From assembly GCA_964016885.1 (NCBI GenBank), contig OZ024743.1:172484001-172548000 (forward strand): 64,000 bases of DNA, in the 5' to 3' direction. The position numbers and the translations under genes were made by a program. The DNA is from Eledone cirrhosa (taxonomy: Eukaryota). A model generated the notes under the pieces. The model did no database searches. It was not told the DNA's origin and saw nothing but the letters and a program-made list of their open reading frames with translations. Positions 12,791-27,323 of the stretch are shown here, in pieces (within the stretch, counting starts at the first letter, position 1; the number at the start of each line of letters is the position of its first letter).

Positions 12791-14459
12791 TCTTTCACCT
12801 GATATATCGCTACTCTAATTGGAGCCGCATTAGATAAGTAATATACTTCGGGTACAACAGAAACCTGTGAAGCGTTCTGCAATTCAACTCATCTGACGCC
12901 ATTTTGAGACTATGATATTCCGTATCGTTCCATCGCTTAAACGGCTTGTTATGCAATTATTAACATGAATGTGTGGAGGATAAATTGAGTTATGAATGAA
13001 TGTATGGATGTATGTATGTATTCAAACATATACGCGTGCACACACCACACATGTACACTGGATAGAAAGTTACACGAAATCATCGTTACATATTGATGCA
13101 TACATATAAACCTCAATAATGTACACATACATTTTATACATCTATATATATGAATATGTGTACGTATTTACATATCCACAAACTCTTATTCATATATGTC
13201 TGTGCGCGCGCACATTGTTTTAGCCTGTTCTCTTTCGAGACGTGCAATCAATAGTTAATATCATTGAACACTGAATCATACCTCATCTATCCTTCTGTCG
13301 ACAACCATCACAACCTTCCTATTATTATAACCACCCTACTATCAGGCCTTCATGCTGCTCTTAAGTTGAACCTTAAACCACTAATGATAGAACGGACGTT
13401 TTATAACGCCTTGTCGGGTATAATACGAAAGATGATAATGATAAAAAAAAGTCGTTAGGCGTTCTTCCACAATATCTACTACATTTTTCTGCTTTTTCGT
13501 TAGTTCTTTTTATATCATGATCGACATAATCATCACGATCATCACCGTCATCGTCGACATCAATATCATCGCCATCGCCACGATCATTGTATCTATTTCT
13601 ATTTTATACTTTAAAAACTACTGTCATTTATATTCATTGAATTCTTCCTTTTCTTCAATATCACACGGAGCAGGAAAATCATCTTTTTCTTCGCTATATT
13701 GTAGATCGGATAACTACTTTTCTTATTTCTGATGATGTAGTTATGACTGAGTTATCCGCAATAGTGCGGGTCCATGTTATGGTTCTGTTATGGTTCCTGT
13801 TATGAGACCTAAAGGGAATACTGCTACCACATGTGTGGCACATGGTCTTACACTTCACTATTACGTTACGTGCCGTTTGGAAGACTTATCTGGTCGGAGA
13901 ACTTGCTCAAATTTTCCAGTTGCACTCAGATCAGAACTTATACGCCAATTCTGGGCCATGCCAACTCTAGTGTTACCTCTTCATGTCCAAAATTGCCCCT
14001 CGCCTCTCTCTAATAACACATATCACTAACCACCGGTTGATCAATTTGGGCAGCACATTCAACACTTTTGCCATACGTTGGCCTAGGTATGTCAGAACAA
14101 GGGTAAGTTCCTCCTCTCTGCACAGGAGAATGGTATGACTCGTACGTTAGTTTCTAAGAGGAATTTTTCCTCCCGCGTTCCATATCCACGGGCACGAATG
14201 ACGATCTCTACGTCATTCCATATACTCCTCAACCATTTCTCTACCTGGGTGTATGGCGCCTTCCACCTACCAGAAATTATTACGTCATCGTTATCCTAAC
14301 AGTTTCTTTCAAGTTCTCTGGGAATATGACTAATGCTGCCTTCCTATCGTCTATCTAGAGTAGATAGTTGGGCTCTTGTGTCTGATAATTCTTCTTCTAA
14401 AGAGATCGCCACAACTCTTGTAAAAGGGATCTTATTGCAGCTGCTGATAGAATCAATCT

Positions 14460-14489
14460 CCCCCTATCTCTCTTTCTCTCTCTTTCTCC

Positions 14490-14555
<66 letters not shown>
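14460..14555. repeat. (CT)n microsatellite
   Basis: Directly visible. Confidence 0.95.
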
Positions 14556-14558
<3 letters not shown>

Positions 14559-14997
14559 GAAGAAATCGGCTGGAGAGGAAATGGTCTCCGCTAGGTTTTA
14601 AAATATCTACTAGGGCGTCTCTTCGACTTCACCAGGAGTTACAGAGCTATACGCACATACATAGTACAACAGTTGCCAACTTTCTGAAAAGACAATCTGA
14701 TATGAAGATTTTCATTATTGATTGAGTGAATTTATTTCATTACAATAACATGAGATTTACGGATACAGTCAATAATCGTGAGAAAGATGAGTTGTCCGTA
14801 AAGTTCTATTAAAAGAAGTGTTTAAATGTGATCTAAAAGAGTTCAGAAAACTATTTCATAATCAATTAAATGAACCTCAGTATATAACCGGTATTTAATG
14901 TATCGTTCATTATATTATTTAATCAAATTCATAATATTTTACTGCTTTTTTGTGAAGGGTGATGACGACAACAGCAATGACAACAGCAGCCAACATA

Positions 14998-15350
14998 TAA
15001 TAATTGTTTCTACTTTTGGCACAAGGCCAGCAATTATTCTAGTGCATTACTGGTGCTTTTTTATCGACCCCGTAAGGATGAAAGACAAAGTTAACCTCAG
15101 TGGGATTTGAACTCAGACCGTAAAGGGCCGTAATTCTATGCTACAATGGGGCAACATCATCAATAACATAGCAGCAACAGCCAACTTATAATGACTGTTT
15201 CTACTTTTGGCACAAGACAGCAATTTGAAGGGAGGGAAAATCGATTAAATTGACTCCAGTGTGTTACTGGAACTAAGAACGTAAAGGGCCGTAATTATGT
15301 TACAAAGCATGTTGTCCGACGCTCAAGCAATACTGCCAATCTACCACCCT
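14998..15350 (-). mobile_element. Two partial SINE copies
   Basis: ttgtttctacttttggcacaagg...tttatcgaccccgtaaggatgaaag.caaagttaacctc..gggatttgaactcaga is the reverse complement of the SINE family. Confidence 0.8.
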
Positions 15351-15429
15351 CAGCCAATTCATTAGTACTAGTGGCAACGGCAGAACATAATAAAAACAGT
15401 AAATGATATCACTAATAATTACAACCTCA

Positions 15430-16040
15430 GACAACTGTAACAGTAACAGCAGCAATAGTAGAAGCGCAGCAGCAGCAACTGTAAAGGCAGTCACATCAGG
15501 AACGGCAGCATCAATAAAAAGCGCAGCAGCAATAATAATGACAGCAGCAACAGCAACGACAGCATTAATAACAGCAGCATATACAACAGCAATAACGGCA
15601 CAGTAACAATGAAAGCAACATTAACGGCAGCAACAATAACAACTCCAGCAGCAATAACAGCAGATGCTGTACTAATCAAAAACATTAAAAACAACAGCAA
15701 CAAGTGTAGCAGCAGAATTATCAGCAAAATTAAGCAACATCCATAGCAACAGCAACAACAACGACAGCAACAACAATAACAACGATGATGACAGCAACAA
15801 CTACGGTGGCAACACCAACAACGACAGTAACAACTCCTCGTCGACAACGATAGCAACAATAAAAACAATGGCAGCAAAATCACCAGTATATAACAATAGG
15901 AGTAAATAGCAATAACAACTACAGTAGTAGCAACAACAGCTGCAGCAGCATATAGCAACGTGAACAACAAAAAGAGTAACAACAACATCAATATCATCAA
16001 TAACAACAACACTAATAACTATAACGAACAACAACAGTAA
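15430..16040. repeat. Low-complexity (AAC/AGC/AAT)n tract
   Basis: Directly visible. Confidence 0.9.
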
Positions 16041-16078
16041 TACCATTTTGATTTATTTTACACAACTGACTAACAATT

Positions 16079-16505
16079 ATTATCTTTTATATCCAGAGGG
16101 CGGTGGATTGGCAGTATTGGTAGAGGGTCGGACGCCATGCTTTCCAGCATAGTTACGTCCCTTTACGATCTGAGTTCAAATCCCGCCGAGGTTGACTTTG
16201 CCTTTCATCCTTACGGGGTCGATAAAATAAAGTACCAGTAAGACACTGGGTAATTGCTGGCCTTGTGCCTAAAGTAGAAACAATTATCTTTTATATCCAG
16301 AGGGCGGTGGATTGGCAGTATTGGTAGAGGGTCGGACGCCATGCTTTCCAGCATAGTTACGTCCCTTTACGATCTGAGTTCAAATCCCGCCGAGGTTGAC
16401 TTTGCCTTTCATCCTTACGGGGTAGATAAAATAAAGTACCAGTAATGCACTGGGTAATTGCTGGCCTTGTGCCTAAAGTAGAAACAATTATCTTTTATAT
16501 CCAGA
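16079..16505 (+). mobile_element. Head-to-tail pair of tRNA-derived SINEs (204-bp unit) with the TSD present three times
   Basis: A-box-like tggcagtattgg and B box gagttcaaatcc. attatcttttatatccaga occurs at 16079, 16283 and 16487. Confidence 0.9.
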
Positions 16506-16913
16506 TATACAATATTTGCAGTCTGGTAGAACTCAGGAGTGGGTTGTGTGGAGAAACGTAAAAATGTATGTGGCTGCGTGTCTGTTTGTTTGAGCGAGCG
16601 AGCGAGCGAGAGAGAGAGGGAGAGAGGGAAAGAGAGCGAAGAAAGAAAGAAAGACAGAGAGAGAGAAGTAAGGAGCCTGTCGAGAAGTTATGTTTGTAGA
16701 TCCATTTTTACACACATCAATCCGTTCACACACACATTTTATCCTTTTACTGCTTTTAGTCATTGCACTGCAGCCATGCTAAGCTGGTGTCTTCAAGGAT
16801 TTTAGATAAAAGTATTCATTAGTATGAGTACTAATTCCTGTCCGGTACTCATTTTATCGAACTCTGTTGAAGCATTATATTAAGAGACTTAAAAAAACAT
16901 AAGCACAGCACAG

Positions 16914-17043
<130 letters not shown>

Positions 17044-17860
17044 AGTTAAGTTAAAAATGTACATCCACATATGTATACTGAAATACTAGTATGCATATGA
17101 ATACACACACGTATACATATGTAGATGTACCGAGTTTTTCACTGGTCACTTTACTGTGAGTGTCCAGCTATTCTGTATGTAAACACACAGACAAACCGGT
17201 TTTTAGAGTCATACTGGTTTTTGAGGAAACACCTTTCCTCTATTCTCCAGAAAGCCAGACAAGGAATATTGAACTAGTTTCGATGTTGTTACATCTCATC
17301 AGCAATATTTACCTATCTTCCGGCCTTTCTAGAGAATCGTAAAAGCACATATCGTTATATGCTTTTTCTATGAAAATTAGTAGTGGGCAGACTAATTTGT
17401 ATAGAGCGTGAGTACGTACCGGTTCAACGGAGACGATAAAAACAAATAACGAAACGAAATTAAATTATAAATCAAAAACAGTCTTGGCGCAAAATCAACT
17501 TTTTACATTCACATGACCTCTACCGACCAATCAAAATTGTTTTGACCACAAGCATTTTTGCAACACAAAAATAACGCTGGAGCCACTTTTTTAACATAAA
17601 AACAGGTAGAATTCCCAAAACTAATCAGATCAGAGCAAACAGCACGGACACTCTATCTCAAAATTATTTTTGAAAAGCATTTAGAAATGCGCAACCGGTA
17701 AAAACTTAAAAACTTAAAACCACAACTGAATACTAACCCATACAATCACTAATACTCTTTTATTCCTAATTAAACCTTTTTTCAACTGTGAACAATTTGT
17801 CAGCATTTTCTATTCCGTTTACCAATATATAATAACTTGTGTGTTACACCTCTATTCTTT

Positions 17861-17923
<63 letters not shown>

Positions 17924-17927
<4 letters not shown>

Positions 17928-18068
17928 AATGTAACGTCCAGTTACGGTAGGTTCACCAGAGTGAGCACTCGATGCGTAGTTTCCAGTATATTTACAAGTG
18001 TAGAACTAAGCGGAGTGTAATAATAATAAAAAATAATAAAGGACGATTTGTTGTCTTCATTACATGTA
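17924..18068 (-). repeat. pLTR fragment related to 42107-42250, interrupted by a Helitron end
   Basis: gtaac..agttac.g.aggttcac..g.gtgagcactcgatg..gtgtaga.cta...gagtgta.ta.a is shared with 42107-42250. Begins at (TA)n. Confidence 0.6.
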
Positions 18069-19022
18069 CTAGCAGAAGAACTGCCCTTCGGGCGGTTTTC
18101 TACTAACATATATATAGTGTGCATATTGATATACACAAATATATATATACATATAGATATGATACGTGAATTGAAAAGTAAATTAACAATATGCACATAA
18201 ACTGAACAATGACTGTGTTTGACATTTAAATGACATTTACTTCTGTAATCAGTAAAGTAATCCATGATAGATTTTTTTTAAAAGGCGATAATGAAGATGG
18301 AAAGTGATGAAACTGTTGACGGAAAACTTTCATGAATCTTCACTTGAGAATGTCGATGGGAAGTTCCAAGCAGGGAATTTTAAAATAGATGCTGCTGATG
18401 TGAATGAATGAATTACATTTACCAATATGAAGTGTTGAACTTCGCTATATTGTTGTTTTACTGTATTCACATATAGACTTCTTAAGTTTTTGTAGTGTCC
18501 TTTTTCTAGCAATTAAAAAGAAACTGCAATTCATTCCAATTAAAAGAGAGTGATAGCTGTTTCACATCACTGTAGAATTTCTTTGTAGACACAGTTGTCA
18601 GCAAACAGACCCCTTTCATTTAATATTTTTATATTTTCTTTTTTTGTAACTCGTGATAATCTAGATTTCTCAGAAGCATGATGCAACTGCCTTTCTTCAG
18701 TTTAAGTATGTGTGTTGGGATGCCTGATGGGGTAAGTTTGTTTATGAACTCAATTGGATATTGCAGTTCATTATCTACTAATCCCGCCGAGGTTAACTTT
18801 GCCTTTCATCCTTACGGGGTCGATAAAATAAAGTACCAGTAATGTACTGGGTAATTTTCTGGCCTTGTGCCAATAGTAGAAACAATTATCTACTGTATCG
18901 GAGCTTCTGTAGATTACTTCATGACCAGGGAACTTGTTGACCATGAACTCTTCACCAATCTTGCTGCATCATTTGTTGGAGTGATAATGGCTCTATTTGC
19001 AAGCCATATTGGGTTTGATGTG
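18069..19022 (-). mobile_element. Helitron 3' portion: PIF1-like helicase remnant, subterminal hairpin and CTAG end
   Basis: Minus strand WLANRAIITPTN..FPGHEVIYRSSDTVD[SINE]..QYPIEFINKLTPSGIPTHILKLKKGSCIMLLRNLD..SRVTKKENIK..NCVYKEILQ* (18567-19020). Hairpin aaccgccc-gaa-gggcagtt (18079-18097), then CTAG followed by T at 18069. Confidence 0.88.
18770..18894 (+). mobile_element. 5'-truncated SINE with 10-bp TSD inside the Helitron
   Basis: attatctact at 18770-18779 and 18885-18894 flanks the SINE 3' half. Confidence 0.9.
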
Positions 19023-20344
19023 GTAGATAGGTGGGCGGAAAATCAGTAGCAGGTACAGCATATCAGCAGAGCCTGTCCGTCTGTTTTTTGTATACAGGCA
19101 GGCGGGCGAAATGTACATTAATATTCATTCGCTCGCCTGTTATTGTATGTGTGTGTGGTCATCCGAGTTAAGCAGCCAACACGTTTCGCTCCTCACGTAT
19201 CCAACTCCTGAACGGATTTCGTTTCTATGCAATAGTCCGCCTACAACTAATCCGAAAGGAGCGAAACGCCCGCGGTTGTGAAAATGCATACTAAGGTTCG
19301 GTGTGCTTACATTAATGTTATTTAGTTAAGAAGATCAAAACGAGATTCACATTGAGGTTTTTATTGATTAGCTGCTCTCGTGAGATTTTCGTTTGGCTTG
19401 ATAAACAAATCTGCTGAACAGATTAAGGCTGGAGTCGCGTCTATAACACAAATATGAATCATGAGCCTCTCATCTGTGAAACATTCGTAACTGAGCATAA
19501 TCAAGAAATTGATTGCGACCATTCAAAATGCCTAATCTTCCATTCTGAAGGAATGAAAAAAGTGTTTCGTATCTATATCATTTTTTTTCATTATTTCTCA
19601 AACAATCTAAACAAGAAGTTTTTTTGTTTGTGAGGAGACTAGAAAAATATTGAAAGAAACAATTCAAGGAGTATTTCTGAATGTAATCGCGATGAAAATA
19701 TCAGTTCATATTAGATTCTCCGTCTGTCTTGGCAACGAGCATTCAGTTGTTCGACCGTTTGAATTCTCACTTATAAAATCAACTAGTGTGAGTTTTCACA
19801 AACATGCGCACACTTAAGATAATATTCCGGCCAAATCAGCATTATAAGACTTCGCTTTTGAATGTCAGGTGCAATGCAGAAAGAAAAAGATAGTTGAATT
19901 TATCACAGTACTGAACAAAAAGTTTATTTGTCCTTAAAAATGACAGGCATCGAGGGCCAACGAGTGATCATTTGAACACGCGAACATTAACAAAATGTAT
20001 TTTGAAACTGATATCAATGCACGGGTTGAAATTATTTTAATTAAAAACGTGAAACACTACTTCAATTCAGCCTTTCTTCGGCCTTCCATTGTTTTCATGG
20101 GAGTTATAAGATGCTGACAACTTCTGCACGTTCCTATGATCTACGTGGATAAAACAATTTTGCCCAAATGGTTTGAAATGTTAAATTCGTTTAAGTCCTG
20201 CTGAAGATAATTCAGTGAAGGTTGGAGACACATAAAACAGAAACCAATGGAAAGAAAATTCATATTTTAAAATAACATAGGATATAAATACCTACCATAT
20301 ATAAACTTTTACACGACCGATAACGCCACATCATGAAAACTAGC

Positions 20345-20565
20345 ATTATCTGGTGTAGAGAGGCGTAGGATTAGAAGTATCAGTAGAGGGTCGGACGCTA
20401 TGCTTTCCAGCATAGTTACGTCCATTTACGATCTGAGTTCAAATCCCGCCGAGGTTGACTTTGCCTTTCATCCTTACGGGGTCGATAAAATAAAGTACCA
20501 GTAATGCACTGGGTAATTGTTGGCCTGGGTGCCTAAAGTAGAAACAATTATCTGGTGTAGAGAGG
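20345..20565 (+). mobile_element. Full-length SINE with 19-bp TSD
   Basis: attatctggtgtagagagg at 20345 and 20547; B box gagttcaaatcc. Confidence 0.9.
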
Positions 20566-21914
20566 GAAAAAGCATTTAATTCCTATTTAATCTGGATTTT
20601 GAAGTTGTCTCCCTTACTGACCCGACTATAATTAGTAAAGCTAATTAATTGTTTCGAGTCACTGTTAGTGAAATATTCATTAATTTAATAGTATATTTAG
20701 CTCACTATCATTAAAGAATGCACTTAGAATGCAAAAGTACTCGCTTGTATATAAATGTTTGTCTGGCCCAACATTTTCATAACGTTTATTGTATTCTATG
20801 TGATTGCCCTTATGGGCATAAGGAAATCTCATAGAATGGTAAGATGGTGGCATAATATGATCAAATATGATCAGTGGAACGATAGAAACAATAAATGCTG
20901 GGTAAACTGTATTCAAGTTTATCCCTTATATCCATATAAAGTTACCGATTCGTTGACCTCAGAGATACGAAAAGAAAAGCTAACGCTGATGGAATTTGAA
21001 ATGAAATATTTTAAGACATTCAATTCGGCTTTATACAGTTTCCATTAACTTGCAGCCCAAATAATTATTTCTAGCATTAGCACGAGGTCAGCAATTTGGG
21101 AACAGGAGAGAATCGATTATATTGATTCCATGATTAACTGCTACTTTATTTTATCGACTCCGAAAGGATGTAAAGCAAAGTTGACCTTGGCAGGAGTTGG
21201 TAAGATGATGGCATAAGTTAAAACATGGGCGAAGCAGACATGGATGTGAGTTTAAAAAGTCGCTTCGTAATCACGCGGTCCCACGTTTTTAATGCTCCCA
21301 AGTTTACATTAGCGATGACTAAAGGGTGGGTCTGTCTTTTACTGATGTATATCGGCAAAGTATGTAAACATCAATGAGAAAAAGAGGAAAAACCCGATGT
21401 TCTTTGAATGAAATCATTTGTGTTATTTGTTCAGTACCAAGTTACAGATACTCAATCAGTGACTAAATCATATATGACCGGTACTTACTGTTCTATTAAT
21501 ACTCATAGGATGATGATATAGTTGAAGCCAAAGGCGCAGCAGACATGGCTCTGAGGTTTAGAAATTCAGTACGTAATCACGTGATTTCACTTAGTGTCAA
21601 CTTGGGAGAGTGTTCTACCATAACCAAGGAAATTTTGCAGAAACCCGGTAAAGTCCCTGCTCTATGTACAAAGTCATTTTTATGTTTGTTCAGTAGCAAA
21701 TTATAGACAATCACTTAATCACTTACACATTGAAAACCAGCTAGCAACAGCGCTGTTGTTCACCATGTTATATGGAAGAAGAAGAAAAACAAATAAGTTC
21801 AATGAGATTTCAACTTAGAACATAATGTTAATTTACACAGCTGTCAACTGATTCTAGAAGTCCATCACTCTTGTTACATTTCCATGTAAGTAATATAGCT
21901 CCGTTGCGAAGGTG

Positions 21915-22165
21915 CGGAGTTTAGTAGTAACGGTGTTATACTTGTGGTCATAATGTTGTGGGTTCGATTCTTGGACTGGGTTACTTCATTTCACGTTGCT
22001 CTAGTAAACTCAGCTGAAAATGAGTACCACCTATAGCTGGAGGTTTAACACTGCGATATACTGGTGTCCTGTCCAAGGGGAGTCTTGTATTTTCAGTCAC
22101 TTCACGCCAAGGAAACCAGGATAAGCACCGGCCTGATGAGCCTCTGGGCTCGAGACAGACTTTAA
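21915..22165 (+). mobile_element. tRNA-derived SINE of a second family with a conserved central domain (V/Meta-like)
   Basis: B box ggttcgattc; ctcagctgaaaatgagtacc; ctgcgat..actgg.gtcc.gtcca.gggg; ggaaacc.ggataagc.ccggcctgatg.gcc. These resemble widespread metazoan SINE domains (from memory). Confidence 0.6.
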
Positions 22166-22204
22166 ACTTCTTTTTAATATCGCTCCAGCATTTGTGAGAG
22201 ATGC

Positions 22205-22590
22205 TAATGGTTTCTAAATGGCACAAGGCCAGCAATTTTGAGGAAGTGGAAGTTGATTTAATCGACCCCAATACTTGACTGATACTCAATTTTATCAACC
22301 CCGAAAGTTTGAAAGGCAAAGTTGACCTGAACAAATACCACGGCCTTTTTTTAACACTCTAACGATTCTACCAATCCACCAATAGTAATAATGGTTTTTA
22401 ATTTTGGTACAAGATCGGTATTTTTTAATGGGGGCGGGGGCTATTGAACCAGTACATGACTGGTACTTTGTTTCACGATTCACGGAAGGATGAAAAGTAA
22501 TGGTGATCTCGTTGAAATTTGAACTTGGAATGGGACAATCACAAGGAATACTGCTGAGTATTTTGTCTGAGGTTCTATTAATTCTACTAT
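22205..22590 (-). mobile_element. Two degenerate SINE copies
   Basis: ggcacaaggccagcaatttt..atcgacccca.tac.tgactg.tact..tttatc.accccgaaag..tgaaaggcaaagttgacc. Confidence 0.7.
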
Positions 22591-22891
22591 TAAGTATGAA
22601 ACCTACATCTGGAACTAGGGATATATTACATCTCAATCTGACGCTCTAGTAATTCTACCAATAAGTATGAAACAGACATCTGGAACTGGGAATATATTAC
22701 ATCTATGTTTTTTAAGGAGATATTTGCAGCATAAGTGGCATGAAATACTGCCAATCAGGAATCCAAAATATATGGGTCGGGGATCAGCGGTCTACGCCTT
22801 AACAAAGAGTCTAAACAGATTGGAAGAAAAGGTAAAATAATACATAGACCGGAGAACTCGCCTGAATACTTTCAATGGAGTGGAAATGTAT

Positions 22892-23218
<327 letters not shown>

Positions 23219-23464
23219 TATATAACTGCTCTGTAAAACAACTGATGTTATTACATTGAGCGTTTTATCTTACTGGTAATAAGATAGTAATGAATTACTG
23301 TCTTTCACTATTTAGAGTTTAAAATATATATAACTATAAAAGGTTTTATTATATACATAACCATAAATAGTATCCTTAATACTATTAATACTATATATAT
23401 ATATATATATATAAATCAGGAAAGAAGGTTTACATGGTTTGCTATACAAAAAAGTTTTTAATCA

Positions 23465-23577
23465 CATAGCTTACATTTGTTTCACTGAACTGGTCTGTCT
23501 AGAGATCGCTATCCGCCTAATTTTGCGTCACTCGATCGCCAATACAGAATTATAACCAGTCAGATCTTCGGAGCATG
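23465..23577 (-). ncRNA. Hammerhead with 81-nt stem II (inverted pLTR copy)
   Basis: Reverse complement of 27324-27436. Confidence 0.65.
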
Positions 23578-23933
23578 CGAGAATGAAGAAAATACACAGG
23601 CAAGAAAAGAAAAGAAAATATGGAGTAGTTATGGCATTCAATTAGAACAATAACAACAACAATTATTACAACAATGCTATCAATAAACTATTTAAGGAGA
23701 CCCTGACATTACTTAGGTGGGGGGTATATAATGTATCTAATGTTACGGCGTCAAAATCAGCTGTCATAAGGCAAAAAGTATCGTAGTGTGTATCAATTTT
23801 AAATTATAAAGATAAGCTAGTTTTTACAGTCTTTCTCTTCATCTTCAACAGTATACATGAGTGGGACCACTGTCAAAGCTCAATAGTTGTAGAGTTAATA
23901 CAGAGGTTAACGAATTAATATACGCATATATCT

Positions 23934-23988
<55 letters not shown>

Positions 23989-24259
23989 AATATATATACA
24001 CATATATGTGTACATAGACACATACATATACATCAATATACACTCGTACAAAAATATACATACATGCAAAGAGAAAAGCGTGCTAATTGTAGTTATGGCA
24101 AAAAGAAGGTAAAGTAACATTGTAGTAGTGAAATGAGAAAAACTAGGATCTAGGATCAAATGATTGCAGCAGCTGAGAAGGAGTAAGATTGTTGGTAGAT
24201 GAGGTATTTACAGACAATTGTGTGGTATAGACTTGTGAAGGAAATAGCACTGTATAGGT

Positions 24260-26597
24260 ATGTCACTAAAAACATACCTGTACCTACAAAAAGGGACTAT
24301 ACACTGGGCATGATACGACGGACTAATGATTTCATCCGCAGGGTCCGATGGAAAGCTTACCATTTCGCTAAGGGACCGAATACCAACAGAAGGGAATTTT
24401 CCAAGGAGAATTACGGGTTTAAATCCTGCAAAAACCCGCCAAACAACCCCGCACTCGATGCCTTTGAGCTGGACCTTATGAACATGATAAGTGAAACTAA
24501 ATTTAAAAAAAGAACAAATCACAACAAATTGCAAAATGACTTAAATACATTACTTAAAAAACTAAAAGACACTAACGGTATCATAGTAAAAGCAGACAAA
24601 ACATCAAACGTATACTCTATGGACATTAACACATACAATAACTTTATTCAGCGTGAACTACATAAAAAATATAAAAAAACTAATGAATCTACACTCACCA
24701 GCATAAACATGGAGGGCCTCAAGATAGTTAATAAACTCGGAATTTCAGATACCCCGTGCAACCCTACATTTAACCTGAAAGACCACAAAAATAACTTTGA
24801 AACTAATCCCACCATTAGATTAATATGCCCATCCAAGTCAGACATAGGTAAAATTAGCAAAAACATTCTAGATAGGGTAATCGCACAAATAAAGGGTAAA
24901 CTAGAAATCAATTTATGGGGCAACACTAACGAGGCAATTAAATGGTTCAATAAAATACAAAATAGGGAGACGTGTAACTTCATACAATTTGATATAGACG
25001 ACTATTATGCATCCATATCCCCAGCTACCCTAGATAAGGCGCTTATATTTGCCCAAAATAACTCTAATCTTACCCATGATGAAATTGAAATAATAATAGC
25101 GGCTAGAAGGACTATCGTAAAATTTGAAAATAACTACTGGGTAAGAAAGGATAGAATAAATAGCTTCGATATTACAATGGGATCAAATGATTCTGCGCAA
25201 ATTACAGATATCGTGGGGCTATTCATAGCACACAACCTACATAAGGAATTCAGTAACCTCCAAGGAGGAATTTATACGTTACTTATAGCTAGGAACCTAA
25301 ACAACCAGAGCATGGAAAGACTAAGGAAAAATATTAGAATATTCTTCAAAAAACTAGGCCTAAGTATTACCTACGAACTAAACCATAAGAAGTTAATTTT
25401 CTAGATGTAACTCTAAATCTAAATACTGGATTAATAGAACCTTTCCACAAAAATAATGAAAATCTTGCCTACATTAGTTACAACTCAAATCACCCCAAAT
25501 CCATAATTAAATCCATAGCACGTAGTATATCCCTCCGAATATCCCGCCTATCCTCAAACCTAGAAATCTTTAACGAGCATGCTGACTATTATAATGCAGC
25601 ATTAAGTAGGGCCGGTCATAAAGATAAACTGCAGTATATAGTGAATAAGGACAACATAAACAATCCTAGTAATTTCTACTCCAACCGCTCACATAATAAT
25701 AGGAATAGCTTGACTAGACATAGGGTTAGACATGTAACACCTAGAGTAAACGGCCAAAACACTAATAACGTAAACCCTAGAAACAATAGAAGAAACAGAC
25801 AAAGAAAATACCTATGGTTCAACCCAATATTTAACTCCTCTATAAAAACTAGACTGCCCTCTACATTCTTTAAACTAATAGATAAACACTTCCCTATCTC
25901 GCATAGATATCACAAAATACTCAATAGATCTACTATAAAACTCTCTTTCTCAACAGCAGCTAACATAGAATCACACATACGCAAGATCAACCACAGAAAT
26001 ATCTCAAGTAAATCAATTGCACCTATACATAAGCACAAACTCATCACAACATCACAACCACAAGCGCATACAAACGCGCAGCAGCAAAACCCCATGGGGC
26101 ATATATCACAACCCACTTATAACAGGGTACTAAATAGGAATGTAAAAGCTGCACAAAATAGCGCCTCAAACTGCAACTGTCACCTCCCAGATAGGTGCCC
26201 ATTGGCGAACAGATGTCTCGATTCGAGCCTGGTGTACATGTGCACTGTCATCTCGGGTAACTCCACCTGGAATTACATAGGATCCACCGCGGGTTCTTTT
26301 AAGAAAAGATGGTATGTGCACAGGCACTCAATGAAAAATCGAGCACTTATGGGTTCCACCACCCTCGCCAGAAAAATATGGGAATTGAAGGACAGCAACG
26401 CTAGCTACACTATCAATTGGTCGAAGTTGTCGGCTGCTAAAACCTATAGTACAGGGATGTCCTATTGCGGGCTGTGTGATCTTGAGCTTTTGTATATCCT
26501 TAGAAATGTTAAAAGGCTACTTAATAATAAGTTAGAAAGATCTATCTTCTGCAGACATAGAATAGCCACTAAATTCATAAGATTCAAACCTCCGTGA
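24260..26597 (+). pseudogene. PLE RT + GIY-YIG (YRDD/CNC type, probably Nematis-like), disabled
   Basis: KNIP..FIRRVRWK, KADK, FDIDDYY, ITMGSNDSA, WFNP, CNC..CPL, NYIGST, CGLC, CRH. The YRDD motif is partly deleted (GGIY-TLL) and there are frameshifts near 24270 and 25395. Confidence 0.9.
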
Positions 26598-27323
26598 ATC
26601 GAACCAACATAACATAGCTTTAAATTAGGATAACTACTACCCACAGAAATATATTCATTAAGTATACTATTTCCTTCACAAGTCTATACCACACAATTGT
26701 CTGTAAATACCTCATCTACCAACAATCTTACTCCTTCTCAGCTGCTGCAATCATTTGATCCTAGATCCTAGTTTTTCTCATTTCACTACTACAATGTTAC
26801 TTTACCTTCTTTTTGCCATAACTACAATTAGCACGCTTTTCTCTTTGCATGTATGTATATTTTTGTACGAGTGTATATTGATGTATATGTATGTGTCTAT
26901 GTACACATATATGTGTATATATATTTATATGTGTGTGTGTGTGCGTGTGTGTGTGTGTGTGTGCGTAGATATATGCGTATATTAATTCGTTAACCTCTGT
27001 ATTAACTCTACAACTATTGAGCTTTGACAGTGGTCCCACTCATGTATTACTGTTGAAGATGAAGAGAAAGACTGTAAAAACTAGCTTATCTTTATAATTT
27101 AAAATTGATACACACTACGATACTTTTTGCCTTATGACAGCTGATTTTGACGCCGTAACATTAGATACATTATATACCCCCCACCTAAGTAATGTCAGGG
27201 TCTCCTTAAATAGTTTATTGATAGCATTGTTGTAATAATTGTTGTTGTTATTGTTCTAATTGAATGCCATAACTACTCCATATTTTCTTTTCTTTTCTTG
27301 CCTGTGTATTTTCTTCATTCTCG

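Noticed and set aside
13800-14440. Minus-strand coding-like stretch with CHTCG (possible decayed LINE ORF1)
   Set aside because: Too degraded to assign by eye; needs tBLASTx against Repbase/Dfam.
15491-16046. Leu/Cys/Val-rich ORFs
   Set aside because: Antisense translation of an (AAC/AGC)n low-complexity tract.
19184-19270. gtttcgctcct/aggagcgaaac short inverted repeat resembling a hammerhead 3' half
   Set aside because: No convincing core or stem I found.
22134-22160. ctgatgagcc..ggctcgaga hammerhead-like word
   Set aside because: It is part of the SINE 3' region; no GAAA core or stem I.
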